A DNA stretch of 61,717 nt, counting the filler, from Choristocarpus tenellus KU-1152 (Eukaryota > Protista > Phaeophyceae): the NCBI GenBank assembly GCA_964200185.2. It is 11 parts of 11 records of this genome, joined end to end, with 100 filler letters (N's around TTAATTAATTAA, not from the genome) between each part and the next. Parts side by side here need not be neighbours in the genome. Positions count along the whole stretch, not along the records: positions 43,447 to 53,527 come from CAXNAD020003166.1; positions 53,628 to 56,797 come from CAXNAD020021806.1; positions 56,898 to 61,717 come from CAXNAD020012939.1; 8 more parts are not named here. The stretch is one strand, 5' to 3'. A program made the position numbers and the translations under genes. Every line of letters starts with the position of its first letter. Position 1 is the first letter of the stretch. The notes below the pieces were generated by a model, which searched no databases, had not been told where the DNA came from, and was given only the letters and a program-made list of their open reading frames with translations. Of this stretch, positions 53,501-61,717 are shown piece after piece.

Positions 53501-53708
53501 CAAGAAAAATTAAATTCTTTGGAAAATNNNNNNNNNNNNNNNNNNNNNNNNNNNNNNNNNNNNNNNNNNNNTTAATTAATTAANNNNNNNNNNNNNNNNN
53601 NNNNNNNNNNNNNNNNNNNNNNNNNNNCCACCCCACCCCACCCCACCCCACCCCACCCCCACAATCCTTTGTGCCTCCTTCATACGATCATTGTATTCAT
53701 ATTGACAG

Positions 53709-56136
53709 GGCTAGCTCTTAACCAGCTTTTAGAGAGTCTGACCTGGGAAGGCGTTTCTGTGCTTTGTTTCCCCCTGGAGATCCTCCCACCACATTTTGCT
53801 GACCCCAGAAAGGTGGCCTACAAGGCATGGATGGTGCAAGAAGCCCTGAAAGAGTACCCAAGGGTGAGAAAGGGGGTGCCTCCAAGATAGGGGGGAGGAA
53901 GAGGATAAAAGGTTGATCTAACCTGGGAATTACTATCCGGTAGATCTTTTGTTGGCAGTAGGGCATAGTGGTGAGAAGAACCATCAATGGTTTGCTGACT
54001 TAGCCTATATCACTGGCAATTTTCATTATATGATACCCAACCTGATGACTTCCAAATCTCATTTGACGGCGATGCCCTTTTTTTCGTGCGAACATCGACT
54101 GCCCACAGCATTTTAAAGCCCCAATTACATCTCCGATTTGGGTAGCCGGAAGGTAACGATGCTGACCAATAAGAAGGCAAGGATTTGCGTTGCAGTCACA
54201 CCGTCCATGACCTACAATGTGGGGAACCAAGTAACCTCGTAGGACCATTCCCAAGTCCCATCAACCAATCACTATGATAATATCAATCAAACCCAAATGG
54301 TGAAACAAGGCTTGGAGTTTAGGCAGATGTGAGAAACAGGGGACCCAAAGCATTTTAGAGGGTAGGGATTTTGCCCTGTTTGTTCATTCACGGGTTGGCT
54401 CCCCACGATTTTTCATGCCCTTTTTCGTTTTTCTGTGCGAACACAGTTAACCTAAGATTTATACGGCTATGAAAGGCGTGTTTGGAGCAAGGATATTGAC
54501 AACTGCTAACAAACATGATAGTCAAATTTACATCAATATCGAAACATTGGATTCAGGAACCCAAACGGACTCGACCCTACCCTCTTAAATGCTTTGGGTC
54601 AGGGACAAGGAGGTGGTCACCAGCCACAATCAGTGCAGTGGTTGCTGTGAACAAATGTGCGCTGCTTCATCGGTCACGGTTCAACTACTCTGGACTATAA
54701 ACAATTCCAAACACTCATATTATCGTTTCGCTGAATTGCAGCATGTACTGAAGGGGTTAGAACACATTGCCTCGTTTGAGATCATCTCCTCAAGCCTGTG
54801 ATCAGAATCTACTTTGTAGGCACATTCTGGGTTGAAATATCCCCCTCCGGTTCATTTGTATAATCCCAACTGGTGAGATCTAACCCTAACCTTAGTCCTA
54901 ACCCAGAGGACCTGTGAACGTAAGACAAAGTGCAACTCTTTTGTTCAAGTAGGGACTGAGAAATCCTGTGACAGTTACATTGAGGGCGTATTGTGAAAGG
55001 TTAGAAATTCATTACCTGGTAAGCGCCTACCCTCATTTCCTTGCAACAGTATATTCACAGTGCTTCTAGTCCCACACAAGAGGGTCGACAAAGGGTGGTT
55101 GATGAAAGAAACGATGTCACAGACCATCTCTTTTTGCCCCCAACAATTCCTCCAACCAATTCGTTGATGCTATTGTATATTTTGAAGCCTCCCTCTCCCT
55201 CCCAGAATATCTCATCCTCCCCATACGTGGAACTCTGCACAGATTGATGTTCTGCTTTTCACTGGACCTTGTGTTGTTGAGAAATTCGTCGACCAGCGAG
55301 AGTTGCAGTTGCATGGATACAAGTCGATATATAATGAAGATGAAAGTTTTGCGCTCTCTCCATTCCCTACCCTAAGCAAAGTGCTCCCATTTTGCCAAGA
55401 GTATACTAGTACAACAGCAGCAGTACAAGACAAGGATGTCGGACTCAACATATACTGGGCTTGCATCAATCAGCTGTTCCCTCCTAAAAAGGTTCAGCAG
55501 GGTTGATATCCTTTGCTCCTGTCTTTTGAGCCAAAGTATCTTAGAGGGTAGAGCCATGTCCATTTGAGGGCCAAATTCCAACATTGCAAATTCGATGTAA
55601 TTTTGGCTATCGCATTTGTTCGGAAGTATCAATATCCTTGTTCCGGTCACACCTTTTCATAACACATACATTGTACCTATTCCGAAAAAAGTTGGAGTAG
55701 GAAAATGTCATAAAAAAAAACATGGGAAGACAAGCCTCAAACGGACAGAGCAAAACTCGTACCCTCTAAGATACTTTCACTGTTTTGTGCACTATGGCGT
55801 TAGGGTTAGGGTTATATTCTTATGCCAACCATTTCAACCATACCTTGAGCATAATAAATCGCAAGAAGAATGGGTCTGGAAATACTTTTGAATCTTACAC
55901 TCAAGTCCCTTTCCACATTCTTCCCTCTCTACTTTTCTCCCTCCAACCGTGAGCCCTAGGTTCTTTGGCTGGATGCAAACACAGAGATCCGGCGGCCGTT
56001 GGATGAAGTATTGCATTACATGGGTCCAGCCAATTCTGGCCCAGAGCACTGTGGTGATGCAAATGGCAACGGCTACTTCTTGACAGTCTCCGGGAGGAGC
56101 TTTCCCAGTGGCATCAATATTCGTGGACATACCAAG
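53709..56136 (+). CDS. DUF1647-like putative GT-A glycosyltransferase, internal exons only
   Basis: Exon 53709-53863 (GLALNQLLESLTWEGVSVLCFPLEILPPHFADPRKVAYKAWMVQEALKEYPR) joins in phase 0 to 55960-56136 (VLWLDANTEIRRPLDEVL...GYFLTVSG). Matches the pattern GL...F....P.H....A.K..I.EAL..Y..VLW.DA. Confidence 0.7.
54342..54600 (-). mobile_element. MITE family A variant with GAC...GTC ends
   Basis: TIR GACCCAAAGCATTT(T)AGAGGGTAGGG / CCCTACCCTCTTAAATGCTTTGGGTC; AGGG on both sides (4-bp TSD). Confidence 0.88.
55528..55782 (+). mobile_element. MITE family A copy
   Basis: GAGCCAAAGTATCTTAGAGGGTA ... TACCCTCTAAGATACTTTCACTG; TTTT on both sides. Confidence 0.92.
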
Positions 56137-56143
56137 GTTAACA

Positions 56144-56670
56144 GAGCCGAAGTAAATGAGAGAGTCAAAGTATCTTAGGGTTAGGGTACGAGTTTTGCCC
56201 TTTTTGTCCGTTTGGGGCTTGGCTTCCCACGGGTTTCTTATGACATTTTCCTTCTCCGAAATGTTTCGGAGTAGGCAAAATGCATACGTTATGAAAAAGT
56301 GTGTCCGGAACAAGGATGTTGAAACTTCCTAACAAACACGATAGACAAATTTACATCAAAATCACAACGATGGATTTTGGCCCCTAAACGGATGCAGCTC
56401 TATCCTCTAAGATGCTTTGACTCTGAGGTACCCGGTTTTGGCCGTTTTGTATTTGAAGTCTGCAGTTCAATCCTTTGTGATTCGCCCATATTTCTACGGA
56501 TGAAGTGCCAAGTTTGACTTGAAAGCGTTGGTTTCTCCATTGTTTGAAAAATTTCGACACAAAATTCAGGACATATCCCCTATGCATTGGATTTTAAAAA
56601 GTCGAATTTTGCACGTATTTATCAATATCCTTAAAATGCAACCCTGGGCACCTCTCGTTTGCCTTGACTC
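56144..56670 (+). mobile_element. MITE family C copy with a family A MITE (56162-56423) nested in its left TIR
   Basis: GAGCCGAAGTAAATGAGA | family A copy | TGAGGTACCC... ending CCTCTCGTTTGCCTTGACTC. Outer flanks ACA/ACA; inner flanks AGA/TGA. Confidence 0.85.
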
Positions 56671-56696
56671 ACAGTGCTTGCCACTACCACTATAGT

Positions 56697-56797
56697 GGCT
56701 CAAAGTATCTGGGGGGGGGGGTGGCGGCTGTCCATTTGGGGCCCATTTTTCCATGTCACGATTTATTGGGGATTTAGTTGCATACACCGGATGGATA
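56697..56797 (+). mobile_element. MITE family B end, truncated by contig end
   Basis: GGCTCAAAGTATCT-polyG-TGGCGGCTGTCCATTTGGGGCCC, matching 17617-17701. Confidence 0.7.
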
Positions 56798-59469
56798 NNN
56801 NNNNNNNNNNNNNNNNNNNNNNNNNNNNNNNNNNNNNNNNNTTAATTAATTAANNNNNNNNNNNNNNNNNNNNNNNNNNNNNNNNNNNNNNNNNNNNCCC
56901 TTTCACCCCCATACCCCGGTGACTACATCAACCTTGTTCAGGTCATGCACTCACCTTGCCCACATGGTGTTGTGCCTTCCTCACAGGGCTATGAGTATTG
57001 TCAGAGTCAAATGGCAGTCGTTGTAGCTAACAGAGACAACAGGCAAGGTAGGGGACAGACAAATCGCACCGGAGTAAGAGTAAGCAGGCTGCAATGAACA
57101 CGCACACCAGATTAATAACCTTTCCACACAAACATTCCAGGTTGACTTTACGTGGCACAACAGTCTAGTGCACCATATTCAGTACAATTAACAGTATGTA
57201 ATTAACAGTAAGCAATTCATCGCTAACAATCATAGGATAAATAATATGAAACTCTTACACCACCAGAATCACTAGGATTGTTCATCTCGACAGTGACCTC
57301 CAAAGGTCTCATCATTGTTCATGTATCGGCACAGGCTTCTAATGTACTGCACTGTACTCAGAAGAAGTCAAACATATACACTGTCCTTCCAACACAGAAA
57401 TCTACAGCCTAAAAACACAAGCGCAAGAGGTGGACTTCACCTCCCTGCTCCAACAACCCAACAAGATTACATTTATGATGGGCAACGGTACGGGTATCAC
57501 CTAGCATGCGCAGTCTTATTCAAACAGAAAGGTTGCCTGCCCATCCCCCAAACAACAACACACACCATTCCCTATTTTTTTTCATCCACATATTATAACC
57601 CTAAAGTGAGACCATCAAAATCTTCTTCTGCATTCATAAATGTAAAATAAAACTGCGGAGGAAAAAAAAAATGTAATAAAAACAAGGTACAAAACGTCAA
57701 CTGCAATAACAAAAAAAAATTCCTACTGCATTTGTCTTGTTTCTTTTATTATATCCCCCCCATTCACTATCCTATTGTTCTGAAGACTGTCACATCGGAA
57801 CAAATAAATCGTGCCTTTTATAAAAATCCTTAGCAGAGCCTTTGACCAGGGGGGGGGGAAGGAAATGGACTAGTCTGTGGACTGGACTGCTCCTGATATT
57901 TCAGAGAGATCCAGTCTAAGGTCGTCAATCTTTTCTATCATCCAGTCTGCAACCTGGTCAGACCCTGGAATAGATTGTGTGTGTTTTGTGGGAAGACTGT
58001 CGGGGGGATCAAGTCAACACTCTCCATAACAACTGTGACAACGTGTACGCTCGCTGAAATATTTTTTTCCCACAGTTCGGATCAGAGTGGGGGGCGGTGA
58101 CCATCAGGTTCCTTCTCATTAGTAGGACCTTTGGGACACTACAATGCCAGCAATCAGTCAACCACAACCTAGGCGAGGGTTAAATGGAGGAGACGCCTTC
58201 CACACAAAAATGATATAATCTGATTGGCGAAGATGACTTCCAAGGGATGTATTGACACCAATGTCTACAAATTACCTTTCATCCCTCCATTACTACATAA
58301 CCTCTTCTTTTTTTTCCGTTAGTGTAGACACTTACACACTTGCTAATAACGCCTCCAAAAAAATGGTATTTGAGATACACTACCAAACACAAAAAATTGC
58401 CACACACACACACAATAAAAACATCTTCAAAATGGTGCCAAACAAGAGATTTCTACAAAAATAAAGCTTATACCCACACATATTTGAGACAATTTGCACC
58501 ACCTGTGCTCAATTTATCAAATGGCAAACCAACTCCTCAACCAAATATCGACATTTACAAACATCTAACTGCCTAACATTCTCTTTTCATTATCATCAGA
58601 CCAACACCGCGTTAAACGGCTCTTGACAAGATTGGTCTAGTGCTACAAACTGTCCCCATCGTCCTGTCAGCCTAAAGTCCTCAACCACAGTGGCCCGATC
58701 AACTCACTACCTGTCAACAAGTGTCCCCTCCCCCCCCCCCCACTACATTCTCCACCTCGATTAATTGAGTCACAGCGTAAGAACAAAACCCAACCAACAT
58801 CACCTCAAGCACATTGAGCTCCTCCCCTTGTGGTTCGGGAGGTCTTCGGAACCAGTTAAGATCAACACGTGGACTGTGAAAAAGAGCAAAGTTAACCAAC
58901 AAAGTTAACCAACAAACAGTCAGCAGGTCCAGGCATCAAAAACAGGAAGAGAGCTATTGACATTGGTAGCGGAGGGTTGACAAAAGCATGTGGTGGGGGG
59001 TGATTCGAGACATCGAGCATAGCTTCCCTGTATTGGCATCTCACGGAGGGTCTATTGAATTTAATCAACTACTGAAAAAGAATTTTCTTCAAGTTTATCT
59101 CAGGCACCGATCGTCGTTCAACAGTGGCAACACAGTATACAATGTACTTTAATAGCATGCCAATACAGTAAGTATACTCTGCAATACTTCCTACTACTGA
59201 TACTAGTTTCATTCAGTCAAGCACACCGTATTCCCGGCCCTCAACACTTCCCCAATCGATGCTGTATTCCATCACAATACAGCACACTAACTAATGGCAC
59301 GCAGGCAAGCACATACATATATGCATGTACATGAAAATATCACTCCCAACAAATATCCCATCCACAGTATATGCCTAGGTGCGTTTGTGCATGTGTGCAC
59401 ATCTATGTACCCTTCCTTCTACCCTTCTCACCCTCTTTTCGGTGGTGGTGGGGGATAATACACGCACAC

Positions 59470-60980
59470 ACTCAACAGCCTTGCGCGAAGCCGAGGTGAT
59501 AGCATAGGCAGGTCTCTGTCAGTGCTAATGCATGCCTCCTCCAAGGCCGCTTCCAACAAAGAATCTTCCAACCCTGGGGGCTTCAATTTAGGGGATACAG
59601 AAGAAAGGAAAAAAATAAAAATAAAATGACGATGTGCCCATGGAAGGTGTATTCAAAAACAAAGAAAAAAATTAGAAATCGAGTGGTAGCTGAAGGCTGG
59701 CTGCAGCTCTGTGTGATACACACTCTCACAAACAAACAAAAAAGGCCGACTTTGCAACATTACACTTCCAAAACGCACAGAACACAAACAAAACTTCCCA
59801 ATATTTACTAACTCCACCAATTTCACTCAACGCTACAGTAATAGCACGTCCTAGACACTAGCGGTCCGGAAGAAAACACACATACACACACACACACACA
59901 CGTGCATTGCATACCTTCCAGGGGATAGCGTTGAGGTCTACCAGGTCCATCTCACAGGTTAGGAGGGGAAGGGGTTCCTTAGCACAGCGAATCCTGGGCA
60001 CGTAGGTTTCCACCTCGTTGTGGTGTCTGATCAGTACACAATAATTTTTTTAATTCAAAAACATAAAAAAACACATACACACACACACACGAGCACATTG
60101 ACATCGACATAGTTCATCACAAAAAAAACTAAAAAACAACAAACAATTGTTAAGCTGTCCTTGACGATCTGTTGTCCAACACAACCAGTTATATTATTGT
60201 TTACTAGCTAGTATCACAGTTGAGAAGAGAGGGAGACACCGTTAACCAGACCGGGCTCACCAAACCTTACAGTAAATGACTCAGAATACCAAATGACCCA
60301 ACGGTTCTCCAGCACACGTCAGAAACACTTCAGACTCTTACAACATTCCGCCAAATTCCTTCTGGTCAAATACCCTAACCCTAAATAAACTTAACGTCCC
60401 GCATCATCGTTGTTCGTACATAAAATATTACTCTTGACACTCCATGAATCTTATTCTCACAAACGGTCAAGCATAACCTTTGACACAAGAGTTTCTTAAA
60501 AGTTAAGGCGTAGCTGCAAATGAAAAAAAAAACGTTTGAGCCAAGTTGATTGCGTATATAATGGTAGTAGTAATGTAAAGAGTAGTACAGTGAAAGGATC
60601 CTGATCGTTCTGTCCAACACAATCAAGATTTTCTCGCAAAATAAAAAAAACTCTCCCATAATAGCATCACTGCTGTCCCTACACCCAGATTGTAGACTTT
60701 TCATAACATGTCCCTGGCATTTGGATATTAAATAACTGAATATGCTGACTATACTGACTGGCCTTTCCCCAGCAAAAATCAGAAAAGCAAAACAAAAAAG
60801 TGAGATGATTACTTCAGCACATCGCCACTGCTACCCCAGTACACGCCACTGCCATTGTAGGATTGTTACTAACGGCATCAAATTTATCACGGAGTGAGTG
60901 GAGTGGAAGTTGGTGTCGCACCTGATTGTTAGCTGTGTGAACGTGACATGGTGCTTCTTGGCGATGGACTCAGGCGAACC
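59470..60980 (-). CDS. Internal exons of an unidentified gene
   Basis: 60980-60922, 60026-59915 and 59580-~59470 join in phase: GSPESIAKKHHVTFTQLTIRHHNEVETYVPRIRCAKEPLPLLTCEMDLVDLNAIPWKPPGLEDSLLEAALEEACISTDRDLPMLSPRLRARLL. A possible terminal exon lies at ~57964-57870 (SDQVADWMIEKIDDLRLDLSEISGAVQSTD*). Confidence 0.55.
60148..60485 (-). mobile_element. Solo LTR of the copia family at 39836-42335, intronic
   Basis: TGTTAAGCTGTCCTTGACGATC...AGTTGAGAAGAGAG..GGGCTCACCAAACC...TTATTCTCACAA..AAGCATAACCTTTGACA; same length (338 bp); TSD not intact. Confidence 0.85.
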
Positions 60981-61006
60981 CTGTATTCAAAAGGGTTTGT
61001 AAGTAT

Positions 61007-61012
<6 letters not shown>

Positions 61013-61090
<78 letters not shown>
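61013..61090. repeat. (GT)n(GA)n compound microsatellite
   Basis: About 32 GT units followed by a short GA run. Confidence 0.97.
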
Positions 61091-61091
<1 letters not shown>

Positions 61092-61717
61092 CCAGTGTGG
61101 GCTGTTGATACCGCCTGTATGAGTCAGTATCAAGACTGTTACGTAACACTGCTGGAAACAATCACCACTGATCAAAACACATACACTACAAATGAGACTA
61201 ATAACAGTATAAACAATACATATATTTTCATTTTTAATAACGTGATTACAACGGAAACAACACGGGAGACAGAAACGGACCTGCCACACGGTACTGTCTG
61301 ATGTTGTCAATTTACTACACTACACTACCAAAATGGCATGGGTTTCGTGACAACCAAGACACCACCCGAAAGAGAAACATAATTAGCCCACCAGCAGTGT
61401 AACCAGCACAAGGCTTTTGTAATTGATGCATGACATGGCAATGTATGACATGGCACAAGTGTTAATTCGAATCTTTCGATAACCCTAACCCTGAAGGAAA
61501 CAGAGGCGGTAACCTGACTTGAAAATATGATATGAAGGTGGACAACGGGGTGAAACAACTGAGTAGGTGTTGCACAAGAGCAAGGAAGGCATGAACCTCT
61601 GTCCCAGACGCACTACTTTCGCACATAGGTTGATATGATCATTACATACACTAATGTACAAAAAAAAAACTCTTTCCAGAACATGAAAAAAAAATTAAAA
61701 TCCTTCTTCCCTTACCC

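Noticed and set aside
13465-56136. Halogen/cell-wall gene cluster (fucosyltransferase, deiodinase-like, DUF1647)
   Set aside because: The genes are on different contigs joined artificially.

Overview
Intron-rich eukaryotic nuclear DNA, most likely a brown alga or close ochrophyte relative (inferred from gene content and TTAGGG repeats). The window is not one locus. It is 11 contigs joined by ten identical artificial 100-bp linkers (N44-TTAATTAATTAA-N44), so adjacency across linkers means nothing. The supplied ORF track mostly misses the real genes, which I rebuilt by hand from phase-consistent splice junctions: an ARMC8/Gid5-like gene head-to-head with an unknown gene; a 10-exon HHIP/HIPL1-like gene; a GT11-like (HxRxGD) putative fucosyltransferase; the last exon of an ankyrin protein; a complete 3-exon iodothyronine-deiodinase-like gene with Cys in place of Sec; F-actin capping protein alpha with a GC-AG intron; a DUF1647-like putative glycosyltransferase; and two unidentified gene fragments. 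Mobile DNA includes a 2.5-kb internally deleted Ty1/copia element with both LTRs and a perfect 5-bp TSD, a solo LTR of that family, other copia and CRE-like LINE relics, and three MITE families sharing GAG(T/C)CAAAGTA-type ends with mixed 3- and 4-bp TSDs. The best candidates for new biology are the deiodinase-like enzyme (possible algal organo-iodine metabolism) and the shared-terminus MITE system. All family calls come from remembered motifs; no database search was run.
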